Origin: an uncultured Micrococcales bacterium
Lineage (GTDB): Bacteria; Actinomycetota; Actinomycetes; Actinomycetales; Microbacteriaceae
NCBI GenBank assembly: GCA_913060985.1
Contig: CAJXTQ010000001.1
Span: forward strand, 1-33,623
DNA length: 33,623 nucleotides
Direction of reading: 5' to 3'
In this document: positions 26,013-33,623 of the stretch, piece after piece
Numbering within the stretch: position 1 is the first letter of the stretch
Layout of the letters: every line of letters starts with the position of its first letter
Notes under the pieces: model-generated
What the model saw: only the letters and a program-made list of their open reading frames with translations
Told to the model about the DNA's origin: nothing
Database searches by the model: none
Translations under genes and position numbers: made by a program

Positions 26013-27536
26013 ATGGCAGAGCGAGTATTAGTTGGTGCGGGGGTCGCTAGCGCCGACGATGGAGTCGTCATTGCAAAGGCGCGAGTGAAGATTCCGGGCA
26101 GCATCGTTTTGTCCAATCAACCAGGGGAGCGCTTTAGCTTGCTGGATGTAAAAGTTGCCCTGCAGCAGATGCGCGAACAAATTGAGATCGAGGCATTTGG
26201 AAGCACTGGGGAGTCAATTGAGATTCTTCGAGCTATGGCCATGATGCTCAGCGACAAAGAGTTGTTTGAAGAGATAAAAGCCCGAATGAGCGAGGGGGCT
26301 GATGCAGCCACGGCCATCAGGGGTGCTTTTTCTAAATTTGCAAGAAAACTAACTGATCTGGGTGGTCACTTCGCAGAGCGATCTAATGACCTGATAGGAA
26401 TCGCTGAGCGAACAATTTCGCTGCTGGCCAATGAGCCCAGCGAGGAAGAAGATCAAGAGCGAAAGATTTTGATTGCGGAGAGGCTCTCACCGGTTGACAT
26501 TTCAAGCCTTCCAGACAACATTGCTGGTTTCATCACTGAAGAGGGCGGTATCAGCTCGCACACTGCTGTCATGGCAAGAGCGAACCAACTTCCAGCTGTT
26601 ATGGGCGTAGTGGGAGCAGGAGTCATCAAAGACGGTGACAACATTTTGCTAGATGCCACAAGCGGGCAGGTCTTTATAAACCCAAGCCAGGATGAATTAG
26701 CAAACTATCGTGCGGCAATTGAAACCGAAGTTGACCTAAGCCTGGAAACCCCCGTTCCACTGCTAGCCAATGTTGGAAGCGCCATTGAAGGGGGGAGTGC
26801 AATCAAAGCGGGAGCTCAGGGTGTGGGTCTTTACAGAACAGAATTACTGTTCCTTGGGCGCAAAGATGCACCAAGTCTCGAGGAACAGGTTTTTGAGTAT
26901 TCACGGCTACTTGCGAGATTCAAAGACAGGCTTGTAATCGCAAGGCTTTTGGATCTTGATTTTGATAAACCATTGCCTTTTTTGACTCCCGCTGGGGAGG
27001 GTGATTACTTTGGCAGAGGGCTAGCCACTTTGATGGCAAATCCCGATGTCATTAACACTCAACTCGAAGCGTTAGCCAAAGCCAGCAGTTATTACCCGGA
27101 AACAGAGCTGTGGGTGATGGCGCCGATGGTGACAAGCTACGCCGAGGCTAAGCAATTTATTGAAATGGCACGACCCTATGAATTCGACAAATTAGGCGTA
27201 ATGGTTGAGGTGCCTGAGCTTGCAACCCCGCAAGTCTTACCTGCTCTGTTTAATCTCGTTGATTTTGTTTCTATCGGCTCCAATGATCTCGCTCAATACG
27301 TACTTAGGCGACCCCGATCAAGTTTCCGCTCACTAAGTGATGCAAAGCATCCTGAAGTTATTTCCCGTGTTGCAGCAATCATCGAAGCGGGTAAGCAGGC
27401 ATCGAAGCCAGTGAGTATCTGCGGGGAAATAGCGGGTGAGCCGGAGGCTGCTCAGTGGTTCATTGACCTTGGCGCATCGTCTCTGAGTGCATCCAGTGCA
27501 TTGCTTCCAGCACTTCGACAAAAACTTGCAGTTTAG
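26013..27536 (+). CDS. PEP-utilising enzyme, PTS Enzyme I-like (phosphoenolpyruvate-protein phosphotransferase family)
   Basis: Phosphohistidine motif GGISSHTAVMARANQLPAV, GVGLYRTELLFL, MVEVPE, SIGSNDLAQY and CGEIAG are present. I prefer ATG 26013 over the track's TTG 26007. Confidence 0.75.
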   Translation: MAERVLVGAGVASADDGVVIAKARVKIPGSIVLSNQPGERFSLLDVKVALQQMREQIEIEAFGSTGESIEILRAMAMMLSDKELFEEIKARMSEGADAATAIRGAFSKFARKLTDLGGHFAERSNDLIGIAERTISLLANEPSEEEDQERKILIAERLSPVDISSLPDNIAGFITEEGGISSHTAVMARANQLPAVMGVVGAGVIKDGDNILLDATSGQVFINPSQDELANYRAAIETEVDLSLETPVPLLANVGSAIEGGSAIKAGAQGVGLYRTELLFLGRKDAPSLEEQVFEYSRLLARFKDRLVIARLLDLDFDKPLPFLTPAGEGDYFGRGLATLMANPDVINTQLEALAKASSYYPETELWVMAPMVTSYAEAKQFIEMARPYEFDKLGVMVEVPELATPQVLPALFNLVDFVSIGSNDLAQYVLRRPRSSFRSLSDAKHPEVISRVAAIIEAGKQASKPVSICGEIAGEPEAAQWFIDLGASSLSASSALLPALRQKLAV

Positions 27537-27973
27537 AAACTAACCTCTAATTGATCGCCAACCTGGGCAATCGAGATCTTCCCAAGAGCCCTCGGGGCAG
27601 GCCCAGCAACAACCGCACCAGATTCAAAGTTATAGCGGGCACCGTGGCACGGACACTGAATTTCACCATTCAAAACATCAGTCACCGCGCAACCAGCATG
27701 CGTGCACCTAGCGTCGAAAGCACGGAACTCACCGGATGAGGGTTGGGTTACAAAGACTTCAATATCCCCGGCTCGGAATTTCGCCCCACCACCTACTGGA
27801 ACATCACTGGCGGGACCAATGACTATAGTTGAGGGTTGCACGGCGGGTTGATTGTCAGCCGTTTCACTCGGGTTTGGACCTGAGGTTTCATTTCCCCCCG
27901 ATGCGCAGGCGGCCAGGGTCGCAGCCGCCGCTGTTCCAAGCGCACTGGTCAGAACAATCCGGCGGCTAAGCAC
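27533..27973 (-). CDS. small Rieske [2Fe-2S] protein with a Tat-type lipoprotein signal peptide
   Basis: The N-terminus MLSRRIVLTSALGTAAAATLAAC carries a twin-arginine motif and lipobox LAAC. Rieske ligand motifs CTHAGC and CPCHG are present. The GTG start follows the sdhB TAA directly, with SD GGAAGG 6 nt upstream. Confidence 0.8.
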   Translation of the reverse strand: MLSRRIVLTSALGTAAAATLAACASGGNETSGPNPSETADNQPAVQPSTIVIGPASDVPVGGGAKFRAGDIEVFVTQPSSGEFRAFDARCTHAGCAVTDVLNGEIQCPCHGARYNFESGAVVAGPAPRALGKISIAQVGDQLEVSF

Positions 27974-28711
27974 TTACGGCCTTCCTCGCAGAATCGCCTG
28001 CTTCACCTCGGCAATGGCCTTTGTCACCTCAATACCCCTCGGGCAAGCCTCGGTGCAGTTGAAGGTGGTGCGGCAACGCCAGACCCCTTCTTTGTCATTG
28101 AGGATGTCTAGCCTCACATCAGCCTCTTCATCCCTGGAATCAAAGATAAAGCGGTGGGCGTTGACAATTGCCGCTGGGCCGAAGTATTGACCGTCGGTCC
28201 AAAATACAGGGCAAGAGGTGGTGCAGGCAGCGCAAAGAATGCACTTCGTGGTGTCGTCGTAGCGAGCTCGATCTTCAGGAGACTGCAGTCTCTCTTTTTC
28301 AGGCTTGTCATTTGCCACCAGGAATGGGTTGATGTCCTTATATGCCTGGTAGAAAGGATTCATATCAACAATCAAATCCTTTTCAACCGGAAGACCCTTG
28401 ATTGGCTCAACCGTAATCGTTGAATTAATATCCAGATCCTTGATCAAGGTCTTGCAGGCCAATCGGTTTCTTCCATTAATTCTCACGGCGTCCGAACCAC
28501 AAACGCCATGAGCGCAGGAACGACGGAAGGTCAGTGAACCGTCTTGTTCCCACTTGATTTTGTGAAGAGCATCCAACACTCGGTCGGTTGCATGCATTTC
28601 AACTTCATATTCTTGCCAGCTTGCCTCTTCGCTTTTTTCGGGGTCAAACCTGCGGATGCTCAGCTTGACCGTAAATGAAGGTATTTCGGCAATTTCTTTT
28701 ACGTCGCTCAT
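27974..28711 (-). CDS. sdhB: succinate dehydrogenase iron-sulfur subunit
   Basis: Cys clusters CAHGVCGSDAVRINGRNRLAC (2Fe-2S), CILCAACTTSCP (4Fe-4S) and CRTTFNCTEACP (3Fe-4S). I prefer ATG 28711 (MSDVKEI.., a TAATG overlap with the sdhA stop) over the track start at 28762. Confidence 0.93.
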   Translation of the reverse strand: MSDVKEIAEIPSFTVKLSIRRFDPEKSEEASWQEYEVEMHATDRVLDALHKIKWEQDGSLTFRRSCAHGVCGSDAVRINGRNRLACKTLIKDLDINSTITVEPIKGLPVEKDLIVDMNPFYQAYKDINPFLVANDKPEKERLQSPEDRARYDDTTKCILCAACTTSCPVFWTDGQYFGPAAIVNAHRFIFDSRDEEADVRLDILNDKEGVWRCRTTFNCTEACPRGIEVTKAIAEVKQAILRGRP

Positions 28712-30480
28712 TAGTACTTTCGCTCCATCGGCTGGTAGTTGGTGATTACTACTGGTTTCCAATCAACTCGGATACCTGCACCAATTTCACCAGTCGGCTC
28801 TCCCTCTCGATAAAGCATCGAGTGAACCATGAATTTGTCATCATTTCTCTCCAGGTAGTCCTCGCGGAAGTGGCCGCCGCGACTTTCTCTTCTTTCCCTG
28901 GACGCATAGGCCAAAACCTCAGCAAGATCGAGCAAGAATCCAAGCTCAACCGCTTCTAGCAGATCCGTGTTGAAGCGCTGCCCGTGGTCCTGGATTGAGA
29001 TCTTTTCATAACGGGCACGAAGCTCGCTGATCTTGTTCAAGGCTTCGTTCAGGCTCTCCTCAGTTCTATAAACCTGAGCGTTTGCATCCATGGTGTCCTG
29101 CAGTTCTTTTCTCAGAACAGCCACCTTTTCATCGCCCTTTGAGTTGCGAACCTTATCCAGAAGTGCAATCACGCCAGCCTCTGCGTTGTCTGGAAGTGGC
29201 GGAAGCTTTGCAGTTTTTGCATACTCGACCGCATACATTCCAGCTCGCTTTCCAAACACGTTGATATCCAAAAGCGAGTTCGTTCCCAGACGGTTTGCCC
29301 CGTGGACGCTCACACAGGCACACTCACCCGCGGCATACAACCCCGGAACGACTGTGTCATTGTCCCTGAGCACCTCGGCTTTGATGTTTGTAGGAATTCC
29401 CCCCATTGCGTAGTGAGCGGTCGGGAACACCGGAACTGGCTCGGTGTATGGCTCAACACCGAGGTAAGTTCTTGCAAACTCAGTAATGTCTGGAAGCTTC
29501 GCGTCAATTACCGCTGGCTCCAAGTGGGTTAGGTCAAGCAGTACGTAGTCTTTATTGGGTCCAGCTCCACGTCCCTCACGAACCTCGTTGGCCATAGCCC
29601 TGGCAACCATGTCGCGCGGGGCTAGGTCTTTGATTGTTGGAGCGTATCTTTCCATAAAGCGCTCACCAGAAGCGTTCCTAAGGATTCCTCCCTCTCCTCG
29701 AGCAGCCTCCGAGAGCAGGATTCCAAGCCCCGCCAATCCGGTTGGGTGGAATTGATAAAACTCCATGTCCTCCAGCGGCAAGCCTTTTCTCCAGATAATG
29801 CCGATTCCGTCGCCGGTCAAAGTGTGAGCGTTGGAAGTGGTTTTGAAAATCTTTCCAAATCCACCCGTTGCATAAACAATGCTCTTTCCGCGGACGATGT
29901 GAATCTCACCGGTTGCCAGGTCGTAAGCAACAACGGCTGCAGGAACCTCTTGGCCGTCAACCTCAGTCATGATCATGTCAAGAACGTAGAACTCGTTGAA
30001 AAACTCAATTCCCAGTTTCACGCATGTTTGGTAGAGGGTTTGCAGAATCATGTGGCCAGTTCGGTCCGCTGCGTAGCAACTCCTTCTTACAGGAGCCTTA
30101 CCGTGGTCACGGGTGTGGCCTCCAAAGCGTCGCTGGTCAATTTTTCCATCCGGTGTTCTGTTGAATGGCAGACCCATATTTTCCAGGTCGATAACAGCTT
30201 GGACTGATTCCTTGGCCAAAATCTCCGCAGCATCCTGGTCAACCAGGTAATCGCCACCTTTTACGGTGTCAAAGGTATGCCATTCCCAGCTGTCTTCTTC
30301 AACGTTTGCCAATGCCGCAGCCATTCCACCTTGAGCGGCACCTGTGTGGCTACGGGTTGGAAACAGCTTGGTGATGACGGCAGTTCTGGCGTGGGGGCCA
30401 GCCTCGATTGCCGCACGCATGCCGGCACCGCCGGCACCAACGATTACAACGTCAAATTCGTGGTGGTGAACTTTTGTCAT
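28711..30480 (-). CDS. sdhA: succinate dehydrogenase flavoprotein subunit
   Basis: FAD-binding fold [14 protein letters not shown] and covalent-FAD histidine motif [10 protein letters not shown]. 589 aa. Confidence 0.95.
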   Translation of the reverse strand: MTKVHHHEFDVVIVGAGGAGMRAAIEAGPHARTAVITKLFPTRSHTGAAQGGMAAALANVEEDSWEWHTFDTVKGGDYLVDQDAAEILAKESVQAVIDLENMGLPFNRTPDGKIDQRRFGGHTRDHGKAPVRRSCYAADRTGHMILQTLYQTCVKLGIEFFNEFYVLDMIMTEVDGQEVPAAVVAYDLATGEIHIVRGKSIVYATGGFGKIFKTTSNAHTLTGDGIGIIWRKGLPLEDMEFYQFHPTGLAGLGILLSEAARGEGGILRNASGERFMERYAPTIKDLAPRDMVARAMANEVREGRGAGPNKDYVLLDLTHLEPAVIDAKLPDITEFARTYLGVEPYTEPVPVFPTAHYAMGGIPTNIKAEVLRDNDTVVPGLYAAGECACVSVHGANRLGTNSLLDINVFGKRAGMYAVEYAKTAKLPPLPDNAEAGVIALLDKVRNSKGDEKVAVLRKELQDTMDANAQVYRTEESLNEALNKISELRARYEKISIQDHGQRFNTDLLEAVELGFLLDLAEVLAYASRERRESRGGHFREDYLERNDDKFMVHSMLYREGEPTGEIGAGIRVDWKPVVITNYQPMERKY

Positions 30481-30930
30481 TTAGGAACTCGCAATCGCTT
30501 CACAGAATGAAGGTAGTAGATCGGGGTTTGAAGTTGGGGGGCAGGGATCAAAGGTGAAAACAACCAATGTTCCAAGCAGAATCAATGCTCCAGAAACACT
30601 CCAGAGGGTGCCAACCAGAGCAGTTCTGAGTTTTGGCTTTTCGGTGTAGTCATTAATCACGGTCCGCATTCCCAGGGTTCCGTGGATCAGTGCAAGCCAA
30701 AGCATTGCAACATCCCACCATTGCCAGAACGGGTCTGCCCATTTTCCAGCAACAAAGGCGAAGTCAATCTGTTTGATCCCTTCACCGGTGAAAAGGTTTA
30801 CAAAAACGTGGGTGAAAATCAGCACAATAAGAAGTGGGCCGCTGATGCGCATGTAGAGCCAGCCGTATTTTTCCCAGTTGGTGACTCGCTGCTTGCGAGG
30901 GGAGTTTGGTATTTCGATCTGCACTGACAT
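30481..30930 (-). CDS. sdhD: succinate dehydrogenase membrane anchor subunit
   Basis: 149 aa with three TM helices, lying between sdhC and sdhA with zero-nt junctions. The call rests mainly on operon position (sdhCDAB order). Confidence 0.75.
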   Translation of the reverse strand: MSVQIEIPNSPRKQRVTNWEKYGWLYMRISGPLLIVLIFTHVFVNLFTGEGIKQIDFAFVAGKWADPFWQWWDVAMLWLALIHGTLGMRTVINDYTEKPKLRTALVGTLWSVSGALILLGTLVVFTFDPCPPTSNPDLLPSFCEAIASS

Positions 30931-31308
30931 TTAGAACTCCAATACTCGCTCTAGGTGGCCAGGGGTGAAGTAAGCGGTTATTCCAACTGCCAACACCAGC
31001 ACAATCCAGAACATGATGTTTTGATACTTTGTGCCCTTTGACCAGAAATCGACCAAGATGATTCGAACTCCGTTTAGTCCGTGGAACAAGATTGCGCCTA
31101 CCAGTCCAAGTTCGGCAAGACCAATGACCGGTGTCTTATAGGACTCAATGACCACGTTATAAGCCTCTGGTGAAACTCTCACCAGAGCTGTGTCCAAAAT
31201 GTGGACAAGCAAAAAGAAGAAAATTGCGACACCGCTGATTCGGTGCAGAACCCACGACCACATGCCTACCTTGCCACGGTAGAGGGTTCCTGCTGGCACA
31301 ACCGACAT
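30931..31308 (-). CDS. sdhC: succinate dehydrogenase cytochrome b subunit
   Basis: 125 aa with three TM helices and HRISGVAIFFFLLVHI (candidate haem-ligand His). SD GGAGG lies 6 nt upstream of the ATG. First gene of sdhCDAB. Confidence 0.75.
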   Translation of the reverse strand: MSVVPAGTLYRGKVGMWSWVLHRISGVAIFFFLLVHILDTALVRVSPEAYNVVIESYKTPVIGLAELGLVGAILFHGLNGVRIILVDFWSKGTKYQNIMFWIVLVLAVGITAYFTPGHLERVLEF

Positions 31309-31335
31309 TCATTGCCTCCAAGGTTTGATGATGCA

Positions 31336-31341
31336 ATTGTA
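31336..31341 (-). promoter_or_regulatory. candidate -10 box TACAAT for the sdhCDAB-Rieske operon
   Basis: Minus strand reads TACAAT about 27 nt upstream of the sdhC ATG. The predicted short UTR contains SD GGAGG. Confidence 0.4.
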
Positions 31342-31394
31342 ACTGAGAGAAGAAAATTCTTTTTGCCACTATCGAACCTTGCCCGCATTCTCGA

Positions 31395-31400
31395 TAGCCT
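31395..31400 (+). promoter_or_regulatory. candidate -10 box TAGCCT for leaderless manC
   Basis: Plus strand reads TAGCCT-atgcag-ATG(31407). Confidence 0.4.
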
Positions 31401-31406
31401 ATGCAG

Positions 31407-32504
31407 ATGGCAAAAGTTTCTAACTTTCACGCGATCATCCCGGCTGGCGGAATCGGCTCTAGGCTATGGCCTCTATCGCGCGCAAGCGCACCAAAGTTTT
31501 TACACGACCTCACCGGAAGTGGCCAAACTCTTTTGCAGGACACCTGGGACAGACTTTCCCCTCTCGCGGGTGAGGACGTCATGGTGGTTACTGGAGCCGA
31601 TCATGCTTCAGCGGTTGCAGATCAGCTTGAGCAGTTGCGACCTGAAAATCTAATCTTGGAACCCAGCCCTCGCGATTCAACAGCAGCTATTGGTCTGGCT
31701 GCTGCGGTTTTAGAGCATCGCAACCCGGGGGTAATTATTGGATCTTTTGCCGCCGATCACGTCATTCACGAAACTCAAGGTTTTGAAGTTGCAGTGATGG
31801 AGGCAATTGAAGTTGCAAGGTCAGGTCGGATCGTCACCATAGGTGTTAGCCCCACAGAGGCGTCGACTGCCTTTGGCTATATTCGAACCGCTAAGCCCAT
31901 ATCTGGCTTTGACTCCGCGTTGGATGTGGTTGAGTTTGTTGAGAAACCCTCAATTGCGAAGGCAAAGAAGTATTTCTCGAAAAAGGATTACCTCTGGAAT
32001 GCAGGTATGTTTATCGCTCCAGCGAAACTAATTTTGGAGGTATTGGCAGAGACGGAACCAGCTCTAGCAAGTGAAATACAGGACTTGGCCCAACAGATTG
32101 CCAAAAACGGTTTCGATAAAGCCTCGGCGCAGCGTTGGAATGGATTGAAAAAGATTGCAATCGATTACTCAGTCGCCGAGCCTGCTGCGAAAAAAGATTT
32201 AGTGGCCTGCGTCCCGGCAAGCTTCGAGTGGCATGACGTAGGGGATTTTGCCTCAATTGCTGAACTGCAGTCCCAAGGCAAAAGCGGCAACCTGGCGGTC
32301 TTAGGGCAGGCGAAGGTGCTCAGTGATTCTTCGAGTGGAATTCTGGTTAGCGAAAATGACAAGCTAGTGGCACTTATTGGAGTCGAGGACATCATCGTCG
32401 TTGACACCCCAGATGCTTTGCTTGTTACGACTAAGCAGCACGCTCAAAAGGTGAAGGGCTTGGTCGATTCCCTGCGGGCCACCGGCCGTGATGAAGTGCT
32501 CTAG
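31407..32504 (+). CDS. manC: mannose-1-phosphate guanylyltransferase (NTP-transferase domain only)
   Basis: FHAIIPAGGIGSRLWPLSR nucleotidyltransferase signature, ~365 aa, no PMI domain. ATG 31401 and ATG 31407 are both in frame. I prefer 31407 because of the -10 spacing. Confidence 0.85.
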   Translation: MAKVSNFHAIIPAGGIGSRLWPLSRASAPKFLHDLTGSGQTLLQDTWDRLSPLAGEDVMVVTGADHASAVADQLEQLRPENLILEPSPRDSTAAIGLAAAVLEHRNPGVIIGSFAADHVIHETQGFEVAVMEAIEVARSGRIVTIGVSPTEASTAFGYIRTAKPISGFDSALDVVEFVEKPSIAKAKKYFSKKDYLWNAGMFIAPAKLILEVLAETEPALASEIQDLAQQIAKNGFDKASAQRWNGLKKIAIDYSVAEPAAKKDLVACVPASFEWHDVGDFASIAELQSQGKSGNLAVLGQAKVLSDSSSGILVSENDKLVALIGVEDIIVVDTPDALLVTTKQHAQKVKGLVDSLRATGRDEVL

Positions 32505-32571
32505 TTATAAATCGTTATCAAAACACACGTTAAGTTTTGCTTCAACCAGCTCCCGTTCCGCTTTGCTTAGG

Positions 32572-32577
32572 TAGTCT
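32572..32577 (+). promoter_or_regulatory. possible -10 box TAGTCT upstream of the BMP lipoprotein gene
   Basis: This is the only TAGNNT match in the 128-nt gap. It would give a ~50-nt 5' UTR ending in SD AGGAGG (32621-32626). Confidence 0.25.
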
Positions 32578-32632
32578 TTACCCATCAATTCAGAGCACAA
32601 ACAGTGCCTGACCAAATTTCAGGAGGAAATTC

Positions 32633-33623
32633 GTGAGCACAATTTCACGTAAAGCGGTGAAGGGAATTGCCCTAGCAGCCGCATCTGCTCTTGTTCTGGC
32701 CGGCTGTGCAGCAGCCCCAGAGGAAGAAACTGCAGACAACTCAGACACCGGCTCTTCAGAGACAGAGACCGAGACCGAGACCGAGGTTGAGACCGTCGAC
32801 TACAAGGCCTGCATGGTTAGTGACGAGGGTGGATTCGACGACGCCTCATTCAACGAGGAGGCATTCAACGGTCTCCAGCGCGCTGAGAGCGAGCTAGGTG
32901 TTGAGACTGCAGCTGTTGAGTCAAACACCGGTGCAACCCTGACTGAGTACTCAAGTGCAATCGAGAGCTTGGTAGGAGAAGGTTGTGACATGGTCTTCGG
33001 AGTTGGCTTCGCTCTTGCTACAGCTGTTCGTGATGCAGCGATTGCTAACCCAGACACAGATTTCGCTTTGATTGACTCAGGCTTGTCAAACGATGACTTC
33101 AGCCCATTGAGCCTTGAGAACGTGAAGCCAATTCAGTATGACACCGCTGAGGCAGCATTCCTTGCTGGATACCTAGCGGCAGCAACCACTGAGACTGGCA
33201 CAGTTGCAACCTACGGTGGAATTTTGTTCCCAACCGTGACCATCTTCATGGATGGATTCAAGCAGGGTGTTGACTACTACAACGCAGAAAAGGGAACTGA
33301 TGTTCAGGTTCTAGGAGCCATGGATGAAGACATGGCTAACTGGAGCGCAACCGGTGACTTCTCAGACATCGCTAAGGGTAAGAACCTTTCCGAGCAGTTC
33401 ATTGACCAGGGTGCAGACATCATTCTTCCTGTTGCTGGACCTGTCGGTCAGGGAACTGGTCAGGCCTCTCTGGACTCAGAGGGCGTGCTGCTAATTGGTG
33501 TTGACAGCGACTGGTACAACCTAGACGCTCATGCTGAGTACAAGCAGAACATCCTTACAAGCATCGAGAAGAAGATGAGTGACGCTGTGTTCAACGTTAT
33601 TCAGACCGGTGTTGATGGAACCT
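32633..33623 (+). CDS. BMP-family (PnrA/TmpC/Med-like) ABC-transporter substrate-binding lipoprotein, probably nucleoside-binding; 3' end outside window
   Basis: Not in the ORF track because no stop is reached. GTG 32633 has SD AGGAGG 6 nt upstream. My translation is MSTISRKAVKGIALAAASALVLAGC.. (lipobox LAGC), then ..YKACMVSDEGGFDDASFNEEAFNGLQRAE.. and ..LLIGVDSDWY.., typical of BMP family proteins. The frame stays open to the window end. Confidence 0.85.
   Translation, partial: MSTISRKAVKGIALAAASALVLAGCAAAPEEETADNSDTGSSETETETETEVETVDYKACMVSDEGGFDDASFNEEAFNGLQRAESELGVETAAVESNTGATLTEYSSAIESLVGEGCDMVFGVGFALATAVRDAAIANPDTDFALIDSGLSNDDFSPLSLENVKPIQYDTAEAAFLAGYLAAATTETGTVATYGGILFPTVTIFMDGFKQGVDYYNAEKGTDVQVLGAMDEDMANWSATGDFSDIAKGKNLSEQFIDQGADIILPVAGPVGQGTGQASLDSEGVLLIGVDSDWYNLDAHAEYKQNILTSIEKKMSDAVFNVIQTGVDGT
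32759..32794 (+). repeat. hexanucleotide tandem repeat (GAGACC-type, six units) encoding ETETETETEVET
   Basis: Units are GAGACA GAGACC GAGACC GAGACC GAGGTT GAGACC. The repeat lies in the acidic linker just after the lipobox of the BMP lipoprotein. Confidence 0.8.

Noticed and set aside
28712-28762. A 17-codon N-terminal extension of sdhB (track start 28762) overlapping sdhA by 52 nt.
   Set aside because: The extension ([17 protein letters not shown]) is not SdhB-like. ATG 28711 gives the usual short N-terminus and a typical TAATG stop/start junction with sdhA.
31369-31397. Inverted repeat CTATCGA-n15-TCGATAG in the sdhC/manC divergent region, overlapping the manC -10 box.
   Set aside because: A 7-bp inverted repeat with free spacing has roughly a one-in-ten chance of appearing in a 100-bp region. 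Without conservation data I cannot call it an operator.
31201-31653. A 150-aa plus-strand ORF spanning the sdhC start, the intergenic region and the manC 5' end.
   Set aside because: It is out of frame with manC and antisense to sdhC, with no recognisable domain. The region is fully explained by sdhC, the divergent promoters and manC.
32505-32632. A possible riboswitch or leader peptide in the 128-nt gap before the BMP lipoprotein gene, the longest intergenic region in the window.
   Set aside because: I found no recognisable conserved riboswitch core, no substantial stem-loops (best is GCAC-n5-GTGC), and no SD-preceded small ORF.
1-33623. CRISPR arrays, transposases or IS ends, integrases, prophage genes, tRNA/rRNA genes, toxin-antitoxin or other defence modules, and secondary-metabolite clusters.
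   Set aside because: None found. Every stretch longer than about 130 nt is occupied by a gene with a confident housekeeping assignment or by one of the few accessory genes listed above. No direct-repeat/spacer periodicity was seen.

Overview
This window is a tightly packed stretch of bacterial chromosome, and almost all of it is housekeeping. I infer an actinobacterial origin from three things: gene order (uvrD/pcrA-sucC-sucD-PerM-like membrane protein-purN-purH, as I recall it in Mycobacterium), an Sdh2-type sdhCDAB operon, and TAGNNT-type -10 boxes with apparently leaderless genes. Moderate GC by eye and very short intergenic gaps suggest a streamlined lineage, but that is only a guess.

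I support 33 protein-coding genes:
- TCA cycle: sucCD, icd, sdhCDAB.
- Purine and one-carbon metabolism: purN, purH, purU, glyA, folD.
- A complete riboflavin operon (ribD-ribE-ribBA-ribH) behind an FMN riboswitch.
- trpS and xthA.
- A kynU-kynA tryptophan-degradation pair behind an ABC exporter.
- A heterodimeric ABC exporter pair.
- An EI-like PEP-utilising enzyme, manC, and a BMP-family lipoprotein (runs off the 3' end).

There is one clear intrinsic terminator. I found no rRNA, tRNA, CRISPR array, transposase, integrase or recognisable defence or biosynthetic cluster, and no convincing new multi-gene system.

The items most worth a second look:
1. A lone accessory gene for a surface-anchored protein with an ALK/LTK-type glycine-rich domain.
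2. A recurrent TAGNNT -10 box 6-7 nt upstream of start codons that lack a Shine-Dalgarno (SD) sequence, including two back-to-back divergent promoter pairs in gaps of 33 and 63 bp.
3. A Tat-lipoprotein Rieske protein translationally coupled to sdhB.
4. An orphan, divergent EI-like enzyme.
5. A small membrane protein appended to the rib operon.
6. kynU-kynA with no kynB in the window.
7. Three convergent gene pairs whose 3' ends overlap with no terminator.

All functional calls rest on motif recognition in the supplied translations. No database search was run.
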